Below are positions 23,594 through 31,945 of a DNA stretch of 32,000 nucleotides, in pieces; position 1 is the stretch's first letter, and each line of letters begins with the position of its first letter. Location of the stretch: the NCBI RefSeq assembly GCF_014696895.1, contig NZ_JACJQX010000013.1, positions 31,199 to 63,198 on the forward strand, in the 5' to 3' direction. Source of the stretch: Chroococcidiopsis sp. [FACHB-1243] (GTDB lineage: Bacteria > Cyanobacteriota > Cyanobacteriia > Cyanobacteriales > Chroococcidiopsidaceae). Both the position numbers and the translations under genes were made by a program. The notes under the pieces were generated by a model. That model was not told where the DNA came from. It made no database searches and saw nothing but the letters and a program-made list of their open reading frames with translations.

Positions 23594-24865
23594 ATGAATA
23601 GACCTGCAAATATTGCGATCGTACCTGCTTTGAGATCGAGAAACTACCGTTTGTTTTTCTTTGGACAAGGGGTTTCATTAATTGGGACGTGGATGACGCA
23701 AACGGCAACAATTTGGCTTGTGTACAAACTCACAAATTCAGCGCTGATGTTAGGCATTGTGGGATTTTCAAGTCAAATTCCCAGCTTCTTTTTAGCCGTT
23801 TGGGGTGGAGTTTTAGTAGACCGATTCAATACACATAAAATTTTAGTTATTGCTCAAATATTAGCCATGATCCAGTCTCTAGCGCTAGCAGTATTAGCGC
23901 TATCAGGCACGATCCATATTTGGCATTTTATTATTTTGAGTTTATTTCAAGGCGTAATTAATGCTGTAGATGCTCCGGCTAGACAAGCATTTGTGCCAGA
24001 AATGATTGAGAAAAGAAACGATTTAGCTAGTGCGATCGCGTTGAATTCTTCTCTAGTTAATGGCGGACGGTTAGTTGGACCTGCGATCGCAGGAATTTTG
24101 ATTGCGAGAATTGGCGCTGCTTACTGTTTTTTAATTGATGGTGTAAGCTATATTGCTGTCATTGCGGCTTTAATGGCAATGCGCTTAAAACCAAAGAAAA
24201 TAGTTGTTACAACCGCCAACCCATTGCAAAGATTGAAAGAAGGATTTGTTTACGCCTACAACTTTTCTCCGATCCGCTCGACCTTGCTATTACTGGCTTT
24301 ATTTAGTTTAATGGCAATGCCTTATATTACCTTAGTTCCCATATTTGCTACCAAAATTCTAGCTGGAGACGCACGCACTTTAGGCTTATTAATGGCAGCA
24401 TCGGGAGTGGGAGCAATTGGCGGAGGAATTTATTTAAGCACGCGCAAAACAGTTGTCGGTTTGGGCAAAATCATTGCTTTAGCTCCGGCACTTTGCGGCA
24501 CGGGAATTATCTTTTTTTCCCTATCAAGAATGCTATGGTTATCCACCCTTATGTCAGCCTTAATCGGACTAGGTTCTATTCTGACTATTTCCTCCAGCAA
24601 CACTGTCATTCAAACTATTGTTGAAGACGATAAACGCGGACGAGTCATGAGTTTATTCACTATGTCCTTTTTAGGAATGGTTCCATTTGGTAACTTATTT
24701 GCCGGATTTTCAGCCGATCGCATTGGTGCTACCAATACTTTAATTATTGGTGGAAGTTTTTGTATTATCGGCTCGCTATTATTTGCCAAACAGTTACCTA
24801 AACTCAGACAAGCAGCCCGTCCAGTTTTGCAACAAAGAGGTATATTATCCCAGACAAACACGTAG
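23594..24865 (+). CDS. MFS transporter (MFS_3/EntS-like), probable MarR-controlled efflux pump
   Basis: 423 aa with about 12 TM segments. N-terminal LRSRNYRLFFFGQGVSLIGTWM, and it is adjacent to the MarR gene. Confidence 0.88.
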   Translation: MNRPANIAIVPALRSRNYRLFFFGQGVSLIGTWMTQTATIWLVYKLTNSALMLGIVGFSSQIPSFFLAVWGGVLVDRFNTHKILVIAQILAMIQSLALAVLALSGTIHIWHFIILSLFQGVINAVDAPARQAFVPEMIEKRNDLASAIALNSSLVNGGRLVGPAIAGILIARIGAAYCFLIDGVSYIAVIAALMAMRLKPKKIVVTTANPLQRLKEGFVYAYNFSPIRSTLLLLALFSLMAMPYITLVPIFATKILAGDARTLGLLMAASGVGAIGGGIYLSTRKTVVGLGKIIALAPALCGTGIIFFSLSRMLWLSTLMSALIGLGSILTISSSNTVIQTIVEDDKRGRVMSLFTMSFLGMVPFGNLFAGFSADRIGATNTLIIGGSFCIIGSLLFAKQLPKLRQAARPVLQQRGILSQTNT

Positions 24866-24888
24866 AGACGCTCGCAGGAACGTCTCTA
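24863..24888. terminator. hairpin tagagacg-N10-cgtctcta between convergent genes
   Basis: 8-bp perfect stem that starts at the MFS stop codon. It is a degenerate member of the GTAGAG(G/A)CG...CG(C/T)CTCTAC palindrome family also seen at 8731-8760. Confidence 0.5.
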
Positions 24889-24908
24889 TTTCACCTCTCT
24901 ATTTCAAC

Positions 24909-25289
24909 CTACGAATTCACATCCTTTGCCATATCCATGTAGTCAGATGGATTTCCGGTTGACTTCGATTCCTGGTTGATTTCCTTTGAAGGAGAATTTA
25001 CATCCTTTGCCATATCCATGTAGTCAGATGGATCTCCTGTTGACTTGGCTACTGTTTGCTGTTCGTCTGACTCGGAAACTTGAAATTCAGGTTGAGTCAC
25101 CTTTTCAGCTGCCATCGCACCTTCACCCTTACGGTCAATTTCGCTGACGCTGTATTGCTGGGCAGCGGCATAATCTGCCTCAACATCCACCGTCGGCGCT
25201 TTTTCTGCACCAGTGGCTATATTCTCAGCTGCTAGCTGAGCATCTTGTGTAGGAGTTTCATTCGGATTAGATTTAATTTCTTCTGGCAT
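24909..25289 (-). CDS. acidic low-complexity protein with duplicated C-terminal motif
   Basis: 126 aa, rich in E/D/Q/A. C-terminal STGDPSDYMDMAKDVNS and STGNPSDYMDMAKDVNS are encoded by 51-nt direct repeats at 24915-24965 and 24996-25046 (period 81 nt). Confidence 0.6.
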   Translation of the reverse strand: MPEEIKSNPNETPTQDAQLAAENIATGAEKAPTVDVEADYAAAQQYSVSEIDRKGEGAMAAEKVTQPEFQVSESDEQQTVAKSTGDPSDYMDMAKDVNSPSKEINQESKSTGNPSDYMDMAKDVNS

Positions 25290-25530
25290 GGGACACTCCT
25301 ATTAAAATTATTTAAGTCTTGAGGCAATCCTATCAATGCGATCGCCTACTCTCATAACCCCACTAAGATAGATTTTTCTCTTGTCTCTTCTCTTTCTACC
25401 GTCGCTTCTGTCTCTGCTACTAAAGATATAAATTCCCGCTAATTAAAACTATCTCTCTCGGAGGGCGAATTGCGTCCCCCAACTTTGATAACCCTAAGCT
25501 TGAGAGTTTAAATTAACTAGGATATCCGCA

Positions 25531-26061
25531 ATGACATCAAGCTTCAATCCAGATCGGTCTCAAGCACTTTCTGCCGAGACTCAAAAAACCATAAAAGCTT
25601 TTGATGCCTTAGACACTGACGCTAAGTTGGCTTGGTTTTATTTGGTTTACAAAAAGATGGGAGATTCAATCACTCCAGCTGCACCAACTGCTGCCGAACC
25701 TGAACTAGCACCAAGATTGTTAGGAGACTTTTACCAATTGTCAAACGAAGAGCAGCTTGCAATTATGCGGCAAATTGTCAACAAAGAAAATACAGACTAT
25801 TCTCACGCCTACGGTGCGTTGAAAGAAAATAATCAACTGATGGTTTGGTATGCCTGGGCGCAAGCTATGGGTGATACTGTTGTTGGAATGCCTTCAAATT
25901 ATCAAGCGTCTGAAGCAATTAACGATCTGCTCTCCCAAACTGAAGGACTCCATTTTGAAGATCAGATTTCGATCTTCCGCACAATTTCAAGTAATATGGG
26001 TTACACCGATATTAAGCCTATAGAAACACAAGCTCAAACAGGCAAAACTTCTAGTCTTTAA
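25531..26061 (+). CDS. helical carotenoid protein (homolog of the orange carotenoid protein N-terminal domain)
   Basis: 176 aa. FDALDTDAKLAWFYLVYKKMGDSITPAAP... and NNQLMVWYAWAQAMGDTVVGMPSNYQ match the OCP-NTD/HCP family. No C-terminal NTF2-like domain. Confidence 0.88.
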   Translation: MTSSFNPDRSQALSAETQKTIKAFDALDTDAKLAWFYLVYKKMGDSITPAAPTAAEPELAPRLLGDFYQLSNEEQLAIMRQIVNKENTDYSHAYGALKENNQLMVWYAWAQAMGDTVVGMPSNYQASEAINDLLSQTEGLHFEDQISIFRTISSNMGYTDIKPIETQAQTGKTSSL

Positions 26062-26062
26062 G

Positions 26063-26098
26063 TTGTCATTTGTCATTTGTCATTCGTCATTTGTTGTC
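26063..26098. repeat. STRR-type heptamer array (TTGTCAT units)
   Basis: ttgtcatttgtcatttgtcattcgtcatttgttgtc lies directly after the HCP stop codon. Confidence 0.8.
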
Positions 26099-26127
26099 GG
26101 TAAGACGTTTCTTATTTACAACTATTC

Positions 26128-26210
26128 CTCCCTTTTTTAAGGGGGGCCAGGGGGATCTTTTGATGAGTGGCACAGTTTTTCGATCCCCCAACCCCCTTAA
26201 AAAGGGGGCT
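26128..26210. repeat. two G5/C5 hairpin modules in outward-facing arrangement (same family as 22644-22712)
   Basis: 26128-26157 cctcccttttttaaggggggccagggggatc matches the right half of the 22644 element. 26182-26210 gatcccccaacccccttaaaaagggggct matches the left half. A 24-nt spacer separates them. Confidence 0.7.
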
Positions 26211-26294
26211 TAAAAAAAGCGCACATGGGGCTATTAACAAATTTGACGTAGCAAAAACAATTGGGGATTTGCATTTTTGTGCAATTGCGATCGC

Positions 26295-26316
26295 AACCCG
26301 CAGTAGCGGGTTTTTT
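26295..26316 (+). terminator. rho-independent terminator (aacccgc-agta-gcgggtt + T-run)
   Basis: Perfect 7-bp GC-rich stem, 4-nt loop and TTTT tail on the + strand, downstream of the HCP gene. The same hairpin lies 31 nt beyond the stop of the convergent ABC ATPase gene. Confidence 0.55.
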
Positions 26317-26346
26317 CATGCCACAGAGTTCGAGAATTTCCGATCG

Positions 26347-27084
26347 CTAAGAAGCCGCAACTTGACCGATATCATCGGGAGTCAGGTGCGAGTGGATGAC
26401 TTGACCGTCGCGAAACCAAACGATTCGGTGAGTTTGCTTTGCTACCTCTGGTTCGTGCGTCACCATAATAATTGTGATCCCACTAGCATTGAGTTCGCCA
26501 AATATCTGCAAGACTTCTTGAGTCGTGCGCGAGTCGAGAGCGCCGGTTGGTTCGTCTGCTAGGAGCAAAACTGGTTGATTTACGATCGCCCTAGCAATTG
26601 CTACCCTTTGTTGTTGTCCGCCAGAAAGTTGATTGGGCTTATTGTGCAGGCGATTTTCTAAACCAACGCGCTTGAGTGCTGCTGTAGCGCGATCGCGACG
26701 TTCGGCTGGTTTGATCCCAGCGTAAACCATCGGTAGCATCACATTTTCTAAAGCGCTAAGTTGGGGCAAAAGGTGAAACTGTTGGAAGACAAAGCCAATT
26801 TTGAGATTGCGAATATGTGCTAAGTCAGCATCATCTAACTGAGCAACATCTAAATTATCTAAATAGTAGTGTCCGCTGGTCGGGCGATCGAGACAGCCAA
26901 TCATATTCATAGCTGTAGACTTACCAGAACCAGACGCGCCCATAATCGAACAATATTCGCCTTGTTCCACAATTAAATTGACATCTACTAGCGCCCGCAC
27001 CTCTGTTTCTCCAAAACCATAAATCTTAGAGATATTTTCCAAGCGGACGATAACTGGTTTAGTAATAGTTTTTAGATTAGTCAT
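26347..27084 (-). CDS. ABC transporter ATP-binding protein (MacB/LolD family)
   Basis: 245 aa. Walker A GASGSGKST, signature LSGGQQQRVAIARA, Walker B LLLADEPTGALD and H-loop MVTHE. Confidence 0.93.
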   Translation of the reverse strand: MTNLKTITKPVIVRLENISKIYGFGETEVRALVDVNLIVEQGEYCSIMGASGSGKSTAMNMIGCLDRPTSGHYYLDNLDVAQLDDADLAHIRNLKIGFVFQQFHLLPQLSALENVMLPMVYAGIKPAERRDRATAALKRVGLENRLHNKPNQLSGGQQQRVAIARAIVNQPVLLLADEPTGALDSRTTQEVLQIFGELNASGITIIMVTHEPEVAKQTHRIVWFRDGQVIHSHLTPDDIGQVAAS

Positions 27085-27087
27085 GTG

Positions 27088-27170
27088 TCAGTTATCAGTT
27101 ATCAGTTATCAGTGACATCTTTTCACGCACCACGCACCACTTTCTTACCAATTACCATACCAATTACCAC
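27088..27170. repeat. intercistronic STRR block (CAGTTAT x3, CACGCAC-CACGCAC, AATTACC units)
   Basis: Fills nearly the whole spacer between the permease and ATPase genes. Contains a 27-nt block (27120-27146) identical to 31917-31943. Confidence 0.85.
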
Positions 27171-27175
27171 TCATA

Positions 27176-28381
27176 CTAACTATTTTTCAGGGCGATAATT
27201 GGGTCGAGTTGAGCGGCGCGACGGGCGGGAACTACGCCAAAGATTAATCCGACACCACCAGAAATTCCTACAGCTAGTGCGATCGCGACGATGGGAACGC
27301 TGGGTTGGAGTGGGGTTAATACACCAACGATCGCCACACCACCGATCCCAATCGCCGTACCAATTAAACCACCCGATACTGAAAGAATAATTGATTCGAC
27401 TAAAAATTGTGCCAAAATTGCTTGGGGAGTTGCTCCAATTGCTTTGCGCAAGCCAATTTCTGGTGTGCGTTCGGTAACTGACACCAGCATAATATTCATG
27501 ATGCCTACGCCGCCAACAAACAGCGATACACCTGCGATCGCTCCCAGCATCAGCGATAGCACTCCTGTCACCTGCGAGACTAATTCTTGAAAAGATTTGT
27601 TGGCGACGACCACAAAGTCTTTTCTACCATGCAATCGCGTTAGCAAATTAGTAATTTGAAAAGCTGCTACTCGCACGTTGTGTTTATCTTTTGCCGCAAC
27701 TTGAATGTGGCTAATTGGTGTTCCAAACGCCGATCTTCTGCCATCAATTTGAGTTGCCATTGTCGTGATGGGAATGTAGGCAACATTATCTTCATTTTCT
27801 CCGGCAAAAGAACCCTTAGCTGTCATGACTGCAATCACCTGAAAGCTAGTACTCTTAATCTGGATATCTTTACCAATTGGGTTTTCGCGATCGAATAGTT
27901 TTTCTGCTAATTCTGCACCTAGAACGACCACGGGAGAACTTTGACGCATTAAAGAAGCATCAAAGAACCGACCGCGATCGACCATGAGATTTCTAATCTC
28001 CCGCAGTGCTGGTGTTGTTCCTTTGACTTGGGTATAAGTTTGATTGTTACGGTAAGAAATTAATAAGTTATTTTCAATGACTGGAGCAGCTGACTTAACC
28101 GCTGATGCTTGGTTTTTCACTGCTTCTGCATCCGATAGCACTAGCCCTCGTTGTTCGGAAATAAATCCTTCTGAATCGTCACGACTAGAAAACACCAACA
28201 ATCGATTTGGTCCAAAAGAATCGAGTTTGTTAAGGGTGTAGTTCTGCGCTCCCTGCCCTATACCTACCATTGCAATCACAGAAGCATTACCGATGACAAT
28301 TCCTAACATAGTTAAGCTACTCCGCAGCTTATCAGCCGTCAGAGTAGCAACTGCCATTTTGATACATTCAATGGGATTCAT
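27176..28381 (-). CDS. ABC transporter permease (MacB/FtsX family with periplasmic MacB_PCD domain)
   Basis: 401 aa. N-terminal TM LRSSLTMLGIVIGNASVIAMVGIG, a large periplasmic domain and a C-terminal FtsX-type 3-TM bundle (ERTPEIGLRKAIGAT...). Confidence 0.9.
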   Translation of the reverse strand: MNPIECIKMAVATLTADKLRSSLTMLGIVIGNASVIAMVGIGQGAQNYTLNKLDSFGPNRLLVFSSRDDSEGFISEQRGLVLSDAEAVKNQASAVKSAAPVIENNLLISYRNNQTYTQVKGTTPALREIRNLMVDRGRFFDASLMRQSSPVVVLGAELAEKLFDRENPIGKDIQIKSTSFQVIAVMTAKGSFAGENEDNVAYIPITTMATQIDGRRSAFGTPISHIQVAAKDKHNVRVAAFQITNLLTRLHGRKDFVVVANKSFQELVSQVTGVLSLMLGAIAGVSLFVGGVGIMNIMLVSVTERTPEIGLRKAIGATPQAILAQFLVESIILSVSGGLIGTAIGIGGVAIVGVLTPLQPSVPIVAIALAVGISGGVGLIFGVVPARRAAQLDPIIALKNS

Positions 28382-28385
28382 GAAG

Positions 28386-28415
28386 AATTGGTAATTGGTA
28401 ATTGGTAATTGGTAG
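28386..28415. repeat. intercistronic STRR array (AATTGGT x4)
   Basis: aattggtaattggtaattggtaattggtag lies between the adaptor and permease genes. Confidence 0.85.
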
Positions 28416-28446
28416 TAGGGTGGACAACGCCTACCACAGCTTACTC

Positions 28447-29817
28447 CTAGCTCCTAGACTCTTCATCTACGCCAGGAATGGCTTGACCGGGGGGAGGGGT
28501 AATCAGGACGCGATCGCCTCGATTCACGCCTTCAAGCACTTGAGCGTGAGTGCTGCTACTCGCGCCTAGAGCAACTTCGCGAAATTCGATCTGTCCTTCT
28601 CGATCTGGCATAAATACCCCTGTTTGACCGTTTTTCTTGGTGACAACTGCTGTCAGGGGTACGACAACTGCATCTTTAATTTTGTCGCTAAGGAAGGTGA
28701 GTTTGATATTCATGCCTGATTTGAGCTGGTTTTGCCCTGTTTGCAGGCTCACTTTGACGCGAAAGGAGGTGACGTTATCTTCCCTAATTGCTCTGGGTGC
28801 GATCGTGCGGACGCGACCTTTAAAGGTTTTATTGTAGGCATCGGAACGGATTTCTACTGGCTGATTGGGGGTAATCCGCGCAATGCTGGATTCTGGGATT
28901 TTAGCTTCTACTTCTAAACCGCTAGAGAGTTCGGCGATCGATGCGGAAGTAGCGCCATCCGAGGAAGAAGCAGATGTTGTGGGAGTTACGAAGTCGCCTT
29001 GTTGAGCGTAGCGGCGCGTGATCGTGCCTGCAAAAGGAGCGCGGACTAAAGTGTTTGATAGTTGAGTTTGGTAGTACTTCAGTTGGGCTTCGGCTTGAGC
29101 GACTTCGGCTTCAGCTTGGGTAATTTCTTCGCTACGATACCCCTTCTTTCGCAGTGTCAACTCGTGTTTGGCGACTGCTAAACTCGCGATCGCCCGGTCG
29201 AGGTTTTCCCTAGCTGTACGTTCTTCTGTCAAAGCTTGGTCTAAGTCGTCGCGAGAAATTGCCCCTTCTTTCGCTGGTTTGAGTTTGCGCTGCACGCTTT
29301 CCCGATGCAGCGTTAACTGCGATTTCGCTTCTCGGACTTGGGCTTCATTTTCTGCTAATTCAGCTCTAGCCTGGTCGATTTCTTCGGGACGATTGCCAGT
29401 CTGCTTTTTCGCTAGTTCTGCCTTAGCTTTTGCCAAGCCTGCTTGATATTGTTTAACTTGTGCCTGAAATTCTTCGTTGTCCATCCGGGCGATGAGCGTA
29501 CCCTTTTTCACCTGAGAGCCTTCATCGACGTACAATTCCTCAATTCGCCCTGCATCTTTAGGACTGAGATTAATTTTTCTGACTGCCTGAACTAGACCAT
29601 TGGCTTTTATTTGAACTTTTAAGTCTTGAGATTCGACCATTACTGTTTGGAGACTGGCAAGGTCGATTTCAGGGGTTTGGGTACGGGCGATCGCAAAAGT
29701 AACAGCAGCACTGCCCAGCAATCCCAATGTCATGAATCCTGCCAACCACGACTTACGGCGCTTAGCTTTTCCGAATGGCAAGGATACGGCTTTATTTGGC
29801 GCTTCAGGGTTAATCAT
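28447..29817 (-). CDS. HlyD/MacA-family periplasmic adaptor (membrane fusion protein)
   Basis: 456 aa. N-terminal TM anchor, a long coiled-coil hairpin (QAQVKQYQAGLAKAKAELAK...AEAEVAQAEAQLKYYQTQL), and barrel-sandwich and beta-barrel segments. Confidence 0.9.
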   Translation of the reverse strand: MINPEAPNKAVSLPFGKAKRRKSWLAGFMTLGLLGSAAVTFAIARTQTPEIDLASLQTVMVESQDLKVQIKANGLVQAVRKINLSPKDAGRIEELYVDEGSQVKKGTLIARMDNEEFQAQVKQYQAGLAKAKAELAKKQTGNRPEEIDQARAELAENEAQVREAKSQLTLHRESVQRKLKPAKEGAISRDDLDQALTEERTARENLDRAIASLAVAKHELTLRKKGYRSEEITQAEAEVAQAEAQLKYYQTQLSNTLVRAPFAGTITRRYAQQGDFVTPTTSASSSDGATSASIAELSSGLEVEAKIPESSIARITPNQPVEIRSDAYNKTFKGRVRTIAPRAIREDNVTSFRVKVSLQTGQNQLKSGMNIKLTFLSDKIKDAVVVPLTAVVTKKNGQTGVFMPDREGQIEFREVALGASSSTHAQVLEGVNRGDRVLITPPPGQAIPGVDEESRS

Positions 29818-30387
29818 AGATAAATAGTTTATGGTTTATGGTCTATAGAATTTAGTTTTTATATTCAGTAAATATTCAGTTTTCTAGTGTCCGCTTGCAG
29901 CACGTAACAGCATGACAAAGTAAAAGGCTACTGGCGAGCATGTCAGATTTGCGGAATTGGCACGACAACTTTTGCCAAGGGCAGGTACTTACTCCCAAAC
30001 TTTAGCAGTTGGGCGATCGCAGCCATCAGTGATAGACACGCCTCTACCTTACCTCAAGGTTCTGGTTCGATCCAGGTTGAGTGTGCCGAATAATTCACTA
30101 AATTTTGCTAGAGTTTGAGTCGCGATCGCCTATTTGAAGATATTTTGACCTGAAGTTATTTGCTGTTGACAGCCACTCCCACCTCGCTATAGTCATCTCT
30201 ACTATTGACTACAGCCATAATTCCAGGGATTTGTCACGGTCAGCATGATGCTGTCGTTTATTTTAGAAAATTTTAATTAACGCTCAAATTTTTTATTATC
30301 TTTTGCGATCGAGTATCAACAAAACTATAGCCAATCTCACAATTATTAACATGTCAACCCAATTTGAGTCGGAAAATCTCGTTGGGG

Positions 30388-30426
30388 TTGTCATTGGTCA
30401 TTGGTCATTAATCATTTGTTATTGGT
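30388..30426. repeat. STRR-type heptamer array (TTGGTCA/TTGTCAT-like)
   Basis: ttgtcattggtcattggtcattaatcatttgttattggt read directly. Confidence 0.8.
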
Positions 30427-30540
30427 ATGTACACTAACAACCGCTCGAGCGAGTTGCTGCGTCTTGGCTAATCTAGATCGCTAACCTATTAGACACAAAC
30501 GACGGATCGAGCAGAAAAAGTGTTCCCATCGAAAACTACT

Positions 30541-30620
30541 CCCTTGTTCCCCCTTGTCCCCCTTGTCCCAATTTTGAATGCGTGAATTTTGAATTTTGTC
30601 CCCCTTGTTCTCTCCTCCCC
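30541..30620. repeat. STRR-type arrays (CCCTTGT units, AATTTTG units)
   Basis: cccttgttcccccttgtcccccttgtccc, then aattttgaatgcgtgaattttgaattttg. The first is the reverse complement of the GACAAGGG family at 6618-6636. Confidence 0.8.
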
Positions 30621-30622
30621 AA

Positions 30623-31840
30623 TCAAGCGCTTCTCAAAGCAACTATCGGATCGAGTTGGGCAGCACGACGGGCAGGAACGACACCAAAGACAACGCCAAT
30701 CCCTCCAGAGATGCTGACAGCCAAAGCAATTGCTACAGGTGAAATTCCTGCTTGAAAGGGAGTAAACGCACCAATTAGTAGGATACCACCTGCACCCAAG
30801 GCAGTTCCCACGATGCCACCAGCTGCCGACAATATGACAGCTTCAATCAGAAATTGAATCAAAACGTCGTGCTGGGTAGCGCCCAAAGCTTTACGCAAGC
30901 CAATTTCTTGCGTGCGTTCGGTAACGGAAACGAGCATGATATTCATGACCCCGATGCCACCCACGAATAAAGAAATTCCGGCGATCGCTGCTAGCATGAC
31001 CGTTAAAGCACTCGTTACAGTCCCCGCAATTTCTAGTACATCCTTTTGACTTTGGACGCTAAAATCGTCTTCTCTAGTCACTTTGTGTCGCAACCGTAGT
31101 AAGTTTTGAATTTGAAATTGAGCCGCCTCTACACTGGCATCGCTTTTTGCTGAAATTGAAATAAAAGTGAGACTCACTCCATAAGGAGAATTTTCACCGA
31201 CGATGCGGCTTGCCATAGTTGTAATTGGTAGCAACGCGCTATCGTCATAGTTGGTTCCCAAGACAGATCCCTTTGATTCCATCACGCCAATCACTAAAAA
31301 GCGCACGTCTTTAATGCGGACGTATTTACCAATTGGATCTTGGTTGATAAATAACCGTTTTGCTAAATCCGAACCCAAAGCAACAACTTGATTATTTCGC
31401 TTCACATCAAGCTGAGTAAAAAATCGTCCTTTTTCTGGATTGAAGTTACGAACAGCAGTATATTCTGGAGTCGTACCGACAACTGAACTATAAGTATTTT
31501 TGTTGCGATACGTGACTAATTCTCTTGACTGAAGCTGAGGCGCGACTTTAGCCACTGTCGGTACTTGGGCAGCGATCGCTTTTGCATCTTCTAAAACTAA
31601 AGTTTTTGGCAAATCCACCGTCGTTCTTTGAGCATCCCGATTACCTGGAATGACAAATAAAACATTAGTTCCTAAAGATTCAAATTGTTCGGCAACAAAT
31701 CTTTGCGCCCCTTGTCCAATTCCCACCATTGCAATTACCGAAGCATTGCCGATGACGATTCCTAACATAGTTAAGGCACTACGCAACTTATTAGATAGCA
31801 GCGTTTTCGTTGCCATCTTGCCACTTTCTAAAACATCCAT
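30623..31840 (-). CDS. ABC transporter permease (MacB/FtsX family), paralog of 27176-28381
   Basis: 405 aa with the same architecture and near-identical blocks (LRSALTMLGIVIGNASVIAMVGIGQGAQ; VSVTERTQEIGLRKALGAT; GVVPARRAAQLDPI). Confidence 0.9.
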   Translation of the reverse strand: MDVLESGKMATKTLLSNKLRSALTMLGIVIGNASVIAMVGIGQGAQRFVAEQFESLGTNVLFVIPGNRDAQRTTVDLPKTLVLEDAKAIAAQVPTVAKVAPQLQSRELVTYRNKNTYSSVVGTTPEYTAVRNFNPEKGRFFTQLDVKRNNQVVALGSDLAKRLFINQDPIGKYVRIKDVRFLVIGVMESKGSVLGTNYDDSALLPITTMASRIVGENSPYGVSLTFISISAKSDASVEAAQFQIQNLLRLRHKVTREDDFSVQSQKDVLEIAGTVTSALTVMLAAIAGISLFVGGIGVMNIMLVSVTERTQEIGLRKALGATQHDVLIQFLIEAVILSAAGGIVGTALGAGGILLIGAFTPFQAGISPVAIALAVSISGGIGVVFGVVPARRAAQLDPIVALRSA

Positions 31841-31843
31841 TTT

Positions 31844-31943
31844 CAGTTATTAGTTAACAGGGAGCAGGGAACGCACGAGCAGGGAGTAGGGAGCGCACGA
31901 GCAGGGAAGATAACTTTTTTCACGCACCACGCACCACTTTCTT
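31844..31943. repeat. intercistronic STRR block (CAGTTAT, GGGAGCA-type units, CACGCAC-CACGCAC)
   Basis: Same layout as 27088-27146, including the identical 27-nt tttt-cacgcaccacgcaccac-tttctt block (31917-31943). Confidence 0.85.
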
Positions 31944-31945
31944 TA

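Noticed and set aside
26167-26562. 131-aa + strand ORF
   Set aside because: It starts inside the G5/C5 hairpin repeat, contains the rho-independent terminator hairpin at 26295-26316, and then runs antisense to the well-supported ABC ATPase gene. It is a shadow ORF.
27199-29823. Plus-strand ORFs within the efflux operon (27199, 27291, 27656, 28637, 28732, 29168, 29626)
   Set aside because: They are antisense to the permease and adaptor genes, and none has a recognisable motif or a start-codon context.
30040-30090. Possible tRNA or tRNA remnant (GGTTCGATCC T-loop-like motif)
   Set aside because: The stem closes a 6-nt loop rather than a 7-nt loop. I could not build a matching acceptor stem, D-arm or anticodon arm on either side.
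29818-30622. Decayed ABC ATPase pseudogene for the upstream efflux module
   Set aside because: I spot-translated several minus-strand stretches by hand and found no Walker A, LSGGQ or Walker B remnant. A relaxed tblastn search would be needed to be certain.
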